Positions 15,344 to 27,708 of a stretch of DNA of 64,000 nucleotides are shown one piece after another (positions within the stretch are counted from its first letter, which is position 1; each line of letters begins with the position of its first letter). A model generated the notes under the pieces. The model was not told where the DNA came from. It searched no databases and saw only the letters and a program-made list of their open reading frames with translations. This DNA comes from Eledone cirrhosa (Eukaryota), in NCBI GenBank assembly GCA_964016885.1, contig OZ024751.1, positions 27,652,001-27,716,000 on the forward strand. The letters run 5' to 3'. The translations under genes and the position numbers were made by a program.

Positions 15344-16125
15344 GTGAACGGCAAAGCATAAACGAACTAAGGAAAAAATTAGAAATAAGAGGGATCAGAT
15401 GTTGTTTACTCGAGAGAAGGCTACGTTGGTATGGTCACGTGATGCGCATGAAAGACGACAGCTGTATAACAAAGTGCAGGGCAATAAAGATAGATGGTAG
15501 CCACGGAGTAGGCAGGCCCAGGAAAACCTGGGACGAGCTGATAAATTCCGACCTCACACACTTACACCTCTCCAAGACAATGTCACTGGACCGAGACCTT
15601 TGGCGGTACTCAGTAACAGAGAAGACCCGCCTTACCTAAATACAAAGTAAAACCTACTAGTCAGTAGGCATCTCTAACAAAATACACCCCCGTCCCACCC
15701 CATCCACACCGCCCCCTTCAATGCAAAGTTGTTGGTGCCACAACATCCAGGCCGAAACAAACGAGATCGTGTAGGTGTCACGACAAAAAAACACACAGTC
15801 CACGCTGTAATGTGACCGTGTAGGCAACACGGTAAAAACCTCCCAGTCCCACACTGTAAATGTGGTTGGTGTTAGGAAGGGCATCCAGCTGTAGAAAACC
15901 TGCCAGACAGTCCACGCTGTAATGTGGCCGTGTAGGCAACACGGTAAAAACCTCCCAGCCCCACACTGTAAATGTGGTTGGTGTTAGGAAGGGCATCCAG
16001 CTGTAGAAAACCCGCCAGACAGTCCTATGCGAGCAAGACAACCACTCTTGCCTCAAGTGGGAAAACCCCCGTCCAAACCCATGCATTGGAACAGGGACGT
16101 TAAACGACGATGATGATGATGATGA
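15343..16125 (+). mobile_element. RTE LINE 3' end with internal tandem duplication in the 3' UTR
   Basis: [26 protein letters not shown]; the UTR block of about 15796-15910 is repeated at about 15908-16023; (GAT)n tail. Confidence 0.92.
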
Positions 16126-16589
16126 TATATATATAAGGAAAATAAGAAATACAGGAGAAAATACTAATGGGATTTTCTCATAGAATAACAGCAAAACATT
16201 TATTTAAAAAGAAACAATTAATTATACTCGTTTCAGCCAATATTTGTTTAGGCTTCTTCATGCTACAGGAAATATGATTAAAAGTGTATAATAAAATTAA
16301 GGTGTATATTAATAACGGTAAAAGGTTTCCAGTCCACACAGTAAATGTGGTTGGTGCTAGGAAGGGCATCCAGCCGTAGAAAGCCTGCCAGAAACAGGTT
16401 TATATGAGTGAGACACGGTCACTCGACCAATCTTGCCTCAAGTGGAACACTCCCTTCTAATCCATGCTAGTGTGGAAGAAAGACGGTAAATGATGATGAT
16501 GATACTGATGATGATTATATAATCACCTATATATATATATATATATATAATCTTGCAAAACAAATTAAAAAACGAAGTATATATGTATA

Positions 16590-18030
16590 CCACCAACACA
16601 CCCATACACAGACACACCAACACAACAACACACCAACATACCAACACACCAACATACCAACATACCAATATACCAATACACCAACATACCAACATACCAA
16701 CACACCAACACACCAGCATACCAACATATCAACACAACAACATATCAACACACCAACATATCAACACACCAACATATCAACACACCAACATGTCAACACA
16801 CCAACACACCAACATACTGACTCACCAACAGACCAATACACCAACACACCAATAAGCCAAAATACCAACATACCAATACACCAACACACCAATAAGCCAA
16901 AATACCAACATACCAATACACCAATATACCAACACATCAAGGCACCAACATACCAACACAACAACATATAAACTCACCAACACACCAACACACAAACACA
17001 CCAACATAACGACACACAAACATACCAACATAACGACACACAAACATACCAACATACCAACACATCAACACACCCACATACCAACACACTCACACAGCAA
17101 CACACTAAACACCAACATACCGACACACCCACATACCGACACACCCACACACCAACACACCAACACACCAACACACCAACACACCAACATACCAACACAT
17201 CAACATACCAACATACCAACATATCAACACACCAACATATCAACACACCAACATATCAACACACCAACATACCAACACACCAACATATCAACACACCAAC
17301 ATACCAACACATCAACACATCAACATACCAACACACCAACATATCAACATACCAACATATCAACATACCAACACACCAACATATCAACACACCAACATAT
17401 CAACACACCAACATATCAACACACCAACATATCAACACACCAACATATCAACACACCAACATATCAACACACCAACATATCAACACACCCACACACCAAC
17501 ACACCAACATACCAACACATCAACATACCAACATATCAACATACCAACATATCAACATACCAACACACCAACATATCAACACACCAACATATCAACACAC
17601 CAACATATCAACACACCAACATATCAACACACCAACATACCAACACACCAACATACCAACACACCAACATACCAACACACCAACATACCAACACACCAAC
17701 ACAACAACATACCAACATATCAACACACCAACATATCAACACGCCAACATATCAACATACCAACACACCAACACACCAACACACCAACACACCAACATAT
17801 CAACACACCAACATACCAACATACCAACATATCAACACACCAACATATCAACACACCAACACACCAACATATCAACACACCAACATATCAACACACCAAC
17901 ATATCAACACACCAACACACCAACACACCAACATACCAACACACCCACACACCAACATATCAACACACCAACATATCAACACACCAACACACCAACATAT
18001 CAACACACCCACACACCCACACACCAACAT
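16590..18030. repeat. 8-bp minisatellite CAACAYAY
   Basis: Tandem CAACACAC/CAACATAT/CAACATAC units, often alternating as a 16-mer. Confidence 0.95.
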
Positions 18031-18060
18031 TCTAAAGCAGCAGAATTATCGTAGGTGACA

Positions 18061-18272
18061 GGGTGGAGTGTGGGCAGAATCGGTAGAGCGTCATACACCC
18101 GGCATAGAGTTATGTCCCTTTATGTTCTGACTTTAAATCTTGCCGTGGTGAGCTTTACTTTTTATCCTTACGAGGTTGATAAAATAAAGTACCAGTGACA
18201 TACTGGGGTTGTATTAATCGAATTTTCTCTCCCCAAATTATTGTCCTTGTGCCTAAATCAGAAACCAGTATT
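18061..18272 (+). mobile_element. tRNA-derived SINE (diverged copy)
   Basis: GGCAGAATCGGTAGAG A-box-like head and body GATAAAATAAAGTACCAGT shared with about 10 other copies in the window. Confidence 0.75.
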
Positions 18273-18317
18273 GCAGTTGACATACCTTAGTATCGTCACA
18301 CACTTGATTCTTGTAGT

Positions 18318-18750
18318 ACACACACATTGCTTACACATACACACATTACATACACACACACACACACACACACATACACACATTACATATACATTACACA
18401 CACATTACACTTACATATGCATACACACATTACATATACATTACACACACATACACACATTACATATACATTACACACACATTACACGTACATTATGCAC
18501 ACACACATTACATATACATTACACACACACACACATACACATATTACATATACATTACACACACATTACACGTACATATGCACACACATTACATATACAT
18601 TACACACACATACACACATTACATATACATTACACACACATTACACGTACATTATGCACACACATTACATATACATTACACACACATACACACATTACAT
18701 ATACATTACACACACATTACACGTACATTATGCACACACACATTACATCC
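18318..18750. repeat. CA-rich minisatellite (ACACATTACATATACATTAC...)
   Basis: Directly visible tandem units. Confidence 0.9.
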
Positions 18751-19238
18751 AGTTCACATCAATACACACACTAACGATCTTATGTTATACATGCATCATA
18801 TAGAATAATTGTTTCTACATTTGGCACAAGGCCAGCAATTAAACCAGTGTATTACTGGTACTTTATTTTATCGACCCTGTAATGTACGCACATTATACAG
18901 AAATATTACACAACACCCACCTTTCATACTATATAGTGACACAGCACTAATTTTATTGACACATAATATAAGATATATCAATTAATTGTACACGCAGATG
19001 TCGTACACCTACATTATATAAAGTTGTAGCTGCCATACAGCAGCTACTATTCCAGCTGTTTGGGGCTATCACGAAGCACTCAATGTTGCCACAAGTTAAT
19101 ACATTATCGTCCAGAGTAAACACATCAGTTAAAATGTGTGACACCAATATATATAGTAATAATAAATGTGAAGACTAAAATCGGAAGAATTAAGGGTGAA
19201 AGCAGCGATTTTTTTTTTGCTTAAACTTCAATCTGTTC

Positions 19239-19288
<50 letters not shown>

Positions 19289-19363
19289 GAAGGAAATGTG
19301 GTAAGGAACCAGGTGGACCATAACGCACCAAAGTACTCAATACTTAGGGTAGTAGAGTGGGTA

Positions 19364-19468
19364 ATAGGAACAAGTAAGACCCCGACGGCTGAGCTCAAGC
19401 CGTTTCGACGGCTAATTCTGTACATGAGTACAGAATTAGCCGTCGAAACGGCTCTTACTTGTTCCTAT
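19364..19468. repeat. Fold-back hairpin made of two inverted hammerhead 3' halves
   Basis: 26-bp perfect inner stem (19398-19423/19428-19453) plus a 16-bp outer stem; contains GAAACGGC on both strands. Confidence 0.75.
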
Positions 19469-19579
19469 ATATATATATATATATGCAGAGGTTATATTTA
19501 ATTTGTTGGGATTCAACAAGCTTAAACATTTTTATAACTGATATAAAGCACTCAACAGCTTAGTGGAGTAAATATACAA

Positions 19580-19856
19580 TATATTAATAAATGGAAACTA
19601 TATTTATAAAACCATGATTATGTAATTATATATATTCCAAGGACAACCGAGGTAAATTATGGTGCGCTTTCATCAGATAAAATACAGATTTTCAACCGTT
19701 GAGGTTGTCTTTTTTCAGGGTATGTCAATATTTATTTATAAAACAAATCTGTATTTTATCTGATGAAAGCGCACCATAATTTACCTTGGTCGCCCTTGAA
19801 ATATATATAATAAAATAATTATGGTTTTATAAATATAGTTTCCATTTATTAATATA
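19580..19856. repeat. Inverted repeat, ~112-bp arms, each arm a hammerhead copy
   Basis: 19580-19691 is the reverse complement of 19745-19856 with a few mismatches. Confidence 0.9.
19752..19817 (+). ncRNA. Minimal type-I hammerhead ribozyme
   Basis: TATTTTAT-CTGATGA-AAGCGCACCA(loop)TGGTCGCCCTT-GAAA-TATATA-TA^ATAAAATA: intact core, perfect 8-bp stem I, palindromic stem III. Confidence 0.75.
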
Positions 19857-19954
19857 AAGTTGACTTTGCCTTTCATCCTTACGGGGTCGATAAAATAAAG
19901 TACCAGTAATGCACTGGGTAATTGCTGGCCTTGTGCCTAAAGTAGAAACAATTA

Positions 19955-19987
<33 letters not shown>

Positions 19988-20189
19988 ATATATAGGTGCC
20001 CCAGCATGGTCAGTCTTATAATTGAAACCAGTAAAAGAATATATACACACACACATCTGTACATTAATTAACATAAGTGAGTGTAAGACAGGTCCTTTCC
20101 ACTCAGGTAGATAATCTATTATACACTCACCGATATTGTAAAATATTTAACATACGTCGATTCTCTCGCTCTCTCTATCTCTATATATA

Positions 20190-20373
20190 TAGGTAAAATT
20201 CCGTTATAACGAATACCATTATAACGAATTTTTCAATATAACGAAATGTTTTTCAATCCAAGAGCTAATAAACAAACGCTCGATTTGTTTCTCTCGAACT
20301 CGTTATAAAGAATTTTTCGTTACAGCGAATTTTTTAAATACCCCATGAATTTCGTTATAACGGAATTTAACTC
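20190..20373. mobile_element. Tigger/pogo-like MITE, copy 1
   Basis: TIRs AAATTCCGTTATAACGAA / TTCGTTATAACGGAATTT with repeated TTATAACGAA motifs. Confidence 0.75.
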
Positions 20374-20517
20374 TCTCTATATATATGCGTGTGTGTCTGT
20401 GTAACAGCGAATGCATCCGCCATACACAGCCTTATATACCCTGGTACTTCTAGCACACACACAATGCCATAGTACATATTACCTAATATATATATAGAGT
20501 ATACATTCAGGTCAAAC

Positions 20518-20562
<45 letters not shown>

Positions 20563-20568
<6 letters not shown>

Positions 20569-20728
20569 AATTCCATTATAACGAAATTCACGGGGTATAA
20601 AAAAAATTCGTTGTAACGAAAAATTCTTTATAACGAGTTCGACCGAAATAAATCGAGCGTTTGTTTATTAAGTCTTGGATTGAAAAACATTTCGTTATAA
20701 TGGTATTCGTTATAACGGAATTTTCCTG
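20563..20728. mobile_element. Tigger/pogo-like MITE, copy 2 (inverted relative to copy 1)
   Basis: Same TIRs, TA-flanked; the internal sequence is the reverse complement of 20190-20373. Confidence 0.75.
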
Positions 20729-20734
20729 TATATA

Positions 20735-20901
20735 TAGGCAGTCTTGGGTACACTCACGCATAGGAAAAAGGATGGGATGGCCACGGTTAGAATGCTTAAA
20801 TATATCCCTAGGTCATCCCTGATCGAGCGAATATATGAACAAAAGCATTCTAACCGTGGCCATCCCACCTTCTTATGCGTGGGTGTTCCCACGGACGCCT
20901 T
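20735..20901. mobile_element. Hairpin/MITE-like element
   Basis: Arms include a perfect 25-bp pair TGGGATGGCCACGGTTAGAATGCTT / AAGCATTCTAACCGTGGCCATCCCA plus an imperfect outer stem. Confidence 0.55.
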
Positions 20902-21556
20902 ATCTAATGTTATTTTCTAAAACGACGTGTAGGTTATAATTTGAGGGTATTTAGCTGCTATTTCAAGCACGTCGACTATCCACACAGAGGCTACCTCATA
21001 TATTGTTAGGATATCAACTAGCTACAATATTAAGGACAAATTCTTCAAATCTTACGTTTCTGTCTTTCTTACCTTTTATTTTATTCTTCTGTCTTCTGCA
21101 ATTTTACAAACTAGGGGCCTGTTTTTTTGTTTGTTTGTTCTATTTCTATAACTGTATATATTATAGCGACAACTAGACTGTAAATATACTGCCATAGGGT
21201 TTTAATATGAATGGCTGGACCATTCTTGACCGTTCTTCGTCTTCTTTCTTATCTACTCTTTCAATATTTGTCCACATTTATTTGATGTGTACGCGTCTTT
21301 TTATTCTTGTTCTTCGTCGTTGGTGGTTTATGTTGCTCAGCATTGAAACAAATAAATGTATCTTCTTCTCCATTTAACAGCTATTTGTTCTCTCTTGCAC
21401 TCCTTTCCTCGAATACCGTCTCCATTGTATTTTCCATCTTAAACTAGGGATGGAAAGGGTTATACATAGTTTTCATGTCACCTTCACTAGCGAAGCCTTT
21501 CATTTAGAAACATTGAAAATGAAACAAACAATTAATATATCCCCAATATACACAAC

Positions 21557-21597
<41 letters not shown>

Positions 21598-22234
21598 AAG
21601 AGTCGGGTCCCAACGGCTGAGCTCTTGCCGTTTCAGCAGCTGGTTCCAGAATATATATATATATATTTATATATGTGTGTGTGTGTGTACATATATACAT
21701 ACATAAACACACATACATATTTCAACCATATGAATACGCCCTGTGCGTTTGTATATTTATTTATATATACTTCTGTCTGTAACTCTTAAAAATTTACACA
21801 CACACACAGACATATATTGCATTTCCTATCTCAATCATATTCTTACAATAAGAGGTTCTTTTTCCTGGCTTCTAACCCTACATTTGTCTGTAAATAGTTA
21901 TTTCTCTAAATTTATTCACACATTTAAATCTGTATGTCATTTATACACACTAGCCGAACATTTATGTAATTATATCCTAGAAATATATTATTAATGACTT
22001 CCACATGTCGGTTATCAACATAAACTATAGGGTTTCTCTTATGCAAACTATAAATTTATCAAAACACCTATTCCTACTTTGGATGATTATTCATATTCCT
22101 GGTATTTATTACATAACAATTCAGGACATCAAAAATTGAATACATTTACAATATGTATGGACCTGTTATTTTTATCTAAAAACATTTTTTCAAATTCCAC
22201 CCTGCCCGTCCCTTCAATCTAATTTCTCATTCTT

Positions 22235-22270
22235 TCTTCTGATGAAAGACTAGTGTCCGAAACGTTAAGA
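22235..22270 (+). ncRNA. Minimal hammerhead ribozyme, Penelope pLTR type
   Basis: TCTT-CTGATGA-AAGAC(TAGT)GTCC-GAAA-CG-TT^AAGA; loopless palindromic stem III (AACGTT); weak stem II. Confidence 0.6.
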
Positions 22271-22372
22271 CTCTCTTCCTGCTATTTCAAGTGTTAACCT
22301 AATATATTCCTTCCATATACTGTACCGATTGTGTTGTTATTTCTGTTTACCTTTCGTATATATATATATGTA

Positions 22373-22423
<51 letters not shown>

Positions 22424-22582
22424 GAACAAAGAATCAGTGCTGCATCAAATACATATTTAATTACATATTTCATATTTTACTGTTGATCAGCTCGAGGAAC
22501 GATTTATTAAAGCGTCTACATGTTAACACATATCTTGTGTCTACTCTGCTCCTACGGAGGCAATTAATTTGCACTTTTAATA

Positions 22583-22634
<52 letters not shown>

Positions 22635-22763
22635 GGGGGTGAGTTTTATTGTAGTACAATAAAGCAATGCAGATATCGGATAAGTAGCACTCTACAGTTT
22701 GTAGGATCGGAGTATAAATAATATATAAGATCAAAAGATGGTTAAAAGAGTTCCATGTATTTT

Positions 22764-22848
22764 TTCCATGTATTTTATCTGACGAAAACGCAAATGTCAT
22801 CGCATGATGATATTTGTTTTTGAAATGCGCATAATAAAATACATGGAA
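22764..22848 (+). ncRNA. Type-I hammerhead ribozyme with long stems
   Basis: 15-bp perfect stem I (22764-22778/22834-22848), CTGACGA 22779-85, 16-bp stem II with one mismatch, GAAA 22822-25, stem III ATGCGCAT, predicted cleavage after A22833. Confidence 0.8.
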
Positions 22849-23204
22849 CTCTTTTAACCATCTTTTGATCTTATATATTATATATATATATATATACACA
22901 CACGCACACGTGAAAAATTTGGTGAGAAGCTACTACTGTGTGTAGCTTTATAATTGAAACCACAAGCCAACAGATGTCACATGAACCAAACCAATATTAG
23001 TTGGCACACACAATCATGGAAATCTGGTTATTAGTGGAATCAATTCCACTGTCGCCTCAACACAGGAAATTCTCTTTAATAAATAATGATTAATTAATTA
23101 TTGTTGTGTGTAACGATTATTTGTTAGTCCGTATAAAAATAAAATATATAAACTCTCTTTAAAAAAGTCCCATATAACGAAGTTGTTGATGATGATGATG
23201 ATGA

Positions 23205-23402
23205 TTTAGGCACAAGGCCAGCAAGTTTGGGAGCAGGGTTAAGTCGATTAAATTGACCCCAGTGTATTACTGGTACTTTATTTTATAAACCCTGAAAGGA
23301 TGAAAGGCAAAGCTAACCTTGGTGGGATTTGAACTCAGATCGTAAAGGGCCGTAACTCTATGCAGCAAAGCAGGGTGTCCAACACTCTACACATACTGCC
23401 AA
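23205..23402 (-). mobile_element. tRNA-derived SINE
   Basis: Reverse complement has TGGCAGTATGTGTAGAG head, GAGTTCAAATCCC B-box and AAATAAAGTACCAGT body. Confidence 0.8.
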
Positions 23403-23639
23403 TAATAACAATTTCTTTATCTAATAATAACTACAATAATAACAGTGATGATGATGATTTCTATTATCAACACAAAGGGTTTACAAACGGCATATTGTGG
23501 TACTAGACTATAATAATAATAATAATGAAATTATTGTGTACAGTGCTCAGGTGCACTACAACTCATCAAAGGTGCATGTATAGTACATAGAATAATGTAC
23601 AAATGTCAGGAAAATGAACAGTGTAATGGTGACGATATG

Positions 23640-23830
23640 ATAATTGTTTCTACGTTAGGCACAAGGCCAGCAATTATCCCAGTACATTACTGGTACTTTA
23701 TTTTATCGACCCCGTAAAGATGAAAGGCAAAGTTGACCTCGGCGGTATTTGAACTCAGAATGGAAAGGGCCGTAACTCTATGCGTCAAAGCATGACGTCC
23801 GACCCTCTACCGATACTGCCAACCCACGCT
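23640..23830 (-). mobile_element. tRNA-derived SINE
   Basis: Same family as 32743-33139 and 62472-62657. Confidence 0.85.
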
Positions 23831-24090
23831 ATAAATGATGTCTAAATAATAATAATAATGTTGTTTTTTTAATAATAATAGTAATGTGTTTTTTTTTTTT
23901 GTTTTTTTCATAATAAAAATTAGTTTAGGTAGGGAGTAACTTAGACAAAAAGTCAATTATATTGACACCAGTAGTTTACTGGGACTATTAATAATAATTA
24001 ATGATGATAATAGTTAGGATGATGATGATAAGTAAAAAATGTAATTCATAGGCCACAAGGTGAAAGCTTTTGGCAAAGGAAACACGCAGT

Positions 24091-27000
24091 GGTGACTGAG
24101 TGTTACACCAATAAATACTGGTGACTAAGTGTTACACCAATAAATACTGGTGACTAAGTGTTACACCAATAAATACTGGTGACTGAGTGTTACACCAATA
24201 AATACTGGTGACTGAGTGTTACACCAATAAATACTGGTGACTGAGTGTTACACCAATAAATACTGGTGACTGAGTGTTACACCAATAAATACTGGTGACT
24301 GAGTGTTACACCAATAAATACTGGTGACTGAGTGTTACACCAATAAATACTGGTGACTAAGTGTTACACCAATAAATACTGGTGACTAAGTGTTACACCA
24401 ATAAATACTGGTGACTAAGTGTTACACCAATAAATACTGGTGACTAAGTGTTACACCAATAAATACTGGTGACTAAGTGTTACACCAATAAATACTGGTG
24501 ACTAAGTGTTACACCAATAAATACTGGTGACTAAGTGTTACACCAATAAATACTGGTGACTAAGTGTTACACCAATAAATACTGGTGACTAAGTGTTACA
24601 CCAATAAATACTGGTGACTAAGTGTTACACCAATAAATACTGGTGACTAAGTGTTACACCAATAAATACTGGTGACTAAGTGTTACACCAATAAATACTG
24701 GTGACTAAGTGTTACACCAATAAATACTGGTGACTAAGTGTTACACCAATAAATACTGGTGACTAAGTGTTACACCAATAAATACTGGTGACTAAGTGTT
24801 ACACCAATAAATACTGGTGACTAAGTGTTACACCAATAAATACTGGTGACTAAGTGTTACACCAATAAATACTGGTGACTAAGTGTTACACCAATAAATA
24901 CTGGTGACTAAGTGTTACACCAATAAATACTGGTGACTAAGTGTTACACCAATAAATACTGGTGACTAAGTGTTACACCAATAAATACTGGTGACTAAGT
25001 GTTACACCAATAAATACTGGTGACTAAGTGTTACACCAATAAATACTGGTGACTAAGTGTTACACCAATAAATACTGGTGACTAAGTGTTACACCAATAA
25101 ATACTGGTGACTAAGTGTTACACCAATAAATACTGGTGACTAAGTGTTACACCAATAAATACTGGTGACTAAGTGTTACACCAATAAATACTGGTGACTA
25201 AGTGTTACACCAATAAATACTGGTGACTGAGTGTTACACCAATAAATACTGGTGACTGAGTGTTACACCAATAAATACTGGTGACTGAGTGTTACACCAA
25301 TAAATACTGGTGACTAAGTGTTACACCAATAAATACTGGTGACTAAGTGTTACACCAATAAATACTGGTGACTAAGTGTTACACCAATAAATACTGGTGA
25401 CTAAGTGTTACACCAATAAATACTGGTGACTGAGTGTTACACCAATAAATACTGGTGACTGAGTGTTACACCAATAAATACTGGTGACTGAGTGTTACAC
25501 CAATAAATACTGGTGACTGAGTGTTACACCAATAAATACTGGTGACTGAGTGTTACACCAATAAATACTGGTGACTAAGTGTTACACCAATAAATACTGG
25601 TGACTAAGTGTTACACCAATAAATACTGGTGACTAAGTGTTACACCAATAAATACTGGTGACTAAGTGTTACACCAATAAATACTGGTGACTAAGTGTTA
25701 CACCAATAAATACTGGTGACTAAGTGTTACACCAATAAATACTGGTGACTAAGTGTTACACCAATAAATACTGGTGACTAAGTGTTACACCAATAAATAC
25801 TGGTGACTAAGTGTTACACCAATAAATACTGGTGACTGAGTGTTACACCAATAAATACTGGTGACTGAGTGTTACACCAATAAATACTGGTGACTAAGTG
25901 TTACACCAATAAATACTGGTGACTAAGTGTTACACCAATAAATACTGGTGACTAAGTGTTACACCAATAAATACTGGTGACTGAGTGTTACACCAATAAA
26001 TACTGGTGACTAAGTGTTACACCAATAAATACTGGTGACTAAGTGTTACACCAATAAATACTGGTGACTGAGTGTTACACCAATAAATACTGGTGACTAA
26101 GTGTTACACCAATAAATACTGGTGACTAAGTGTTACACCAATAAATACTGGTGACTAAGTGTTACACCAATAAATACTGGTGACTGAGTGTTACACCAAT
26201 AAATACTGGTGACTAAGTGTTACACCAATAAATACTGGTGACTAAGTGTTACACCAATAAATACTGGTGACTGAGTGTTACACCAATAAATACTGGTGAC
26301 TAAGTGTTACACCAATAAATACTGGTGACTAAGTGTTACACCAATAAATACTGGTGACTGAGTGTTACACCAATAAATACTGGTAACTAAGTGTTACACC
26401 AATAAATACTGGTGACTAAGTGTTACACCAATAAATACTGGTGACTAAGTGTTACACCAATAAATACTGGTGACTGAGTGTTACACCAATAAATACTGGT
26501 GACTGAGTGTTACACCAATAAATACTGGTGACTAAGTGTTACACCAATAAATACTGGTGACTGAGTGTTACACCAATAAATACTGGTGACTAAGTGTTAC
26601 ACCAATAAATACTGGTGACTGAGTGTTACACCAATAAATACTGGTGACTGAGTGTTACACCAATAAATACTGGTGACTAAGTGTTACACCAATAAATACT
26701 GGTGACTAAGTGTTACACCAATAAATACTGGTGACTAAGTGTTACACCAATAAATACTGGTGACTGAGTGTTACACCAATAAATACTGGTGACTAAGTGT
26801 TACACCAATAAATACTGGTGACTAAGTGTTACACCAATAAATACTGGTGACTGAGTGTTACACCAATAAATACTGGTGACTAAGTGTTACACCAATAAAT
26901 ACTGGTGACTAAGTGTTACACCAATAAATACTGGTGACTGAGTGTTACACCAATAAATACTGGTGACTAAGTGTTACACCAATAAATACTGGTGACTAAG

Positions 27001-27188
27001 TGTTACACCAATAAATACTGGTGACTGAGTGTTACACCAATAAATACTGGTGACTAAGTGTTACACCAATAAATACTGGTGACTAAGTGTTACACCAATA
27101 AATACTGGTGACTAAGTGTTACACCAATAAATACTGGTGACTGAGTGTTACACCAATAAATATTGGTGACTGAGTGTTACACCAATAA
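24091..27188. repeat. 29-bp tandem satellite, ~107 copies
   Basis: Unit GGTGACTRAGTGTTACACCAATAAATACT; essentially only one A/G polymorphic site; no spacers. Confidence 0.98.
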
Positions 27189-27221
27189 TTATAATAAAGA
27201 ATATTTATTGATAATAACGAT

Positions 27222-27445
27222 TTTTAGTATAGGCACAAGACCAGTTTTTTCGGCGGGGGAGAAAGTCGATTAAATCGACCTTATTACTTTACTGGTGCTC
27301 TATTTTATCGACCCCCCCCCCCCCCCCCCCGCATAAGGATGAAATGCAAAGCTAACCTCAACAAGATTTGAACTGAGAATCTAAAGGGTTGTAACTCTAT
27401 GCCATAAAGCATGTTGTCCAACACTCTACTGATCCTGTCAATCCA
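27222..27445 (-). mobile_element. tRNA-derived SINE (diverged)
   Basis: Same family motifs (GGCACAAG..., TTTTATCGACCCC, GATTTGAACT). Confidence 0.75.
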
Positions 27446-27708
27446 ATAATAATAGTTTCTTTTATTGGCAACATAATTGTACAAGTAACTATGCTTACGA
27501 TAAATTTATCCTGAAACATGACAATAATAGCTCAAGAAAACTTAATTAAAAACAAAATCAACAGATGACTGACATATCTTTTAGGAGAAAAAACTGGTTT
27601 ATATTTGGGAAAGTCTGGAAAACATGAATTATTGGGAACTATGGATGCAACCATGCCTCCACCAGAAAACCAGGGTAAGTTCTCACTTGTTTCCTCCTTC
27701 TTTTAAAC

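Noticed and set aside
24091-27188. CRISPR-like array (29-bp partly palindromic repeat)
   Set aside because: Units are head-to-tail with no spacers, there are no cas genes, and the context is eukaryotic.
27600-27680. Exon ending at CAGG|GTAAGT (27674), and a similar donor-like site at 54889
   Set aside because: Consensus donor words only; no supporting acceptor, ORF or homology, and both lie next to transposon sequence.
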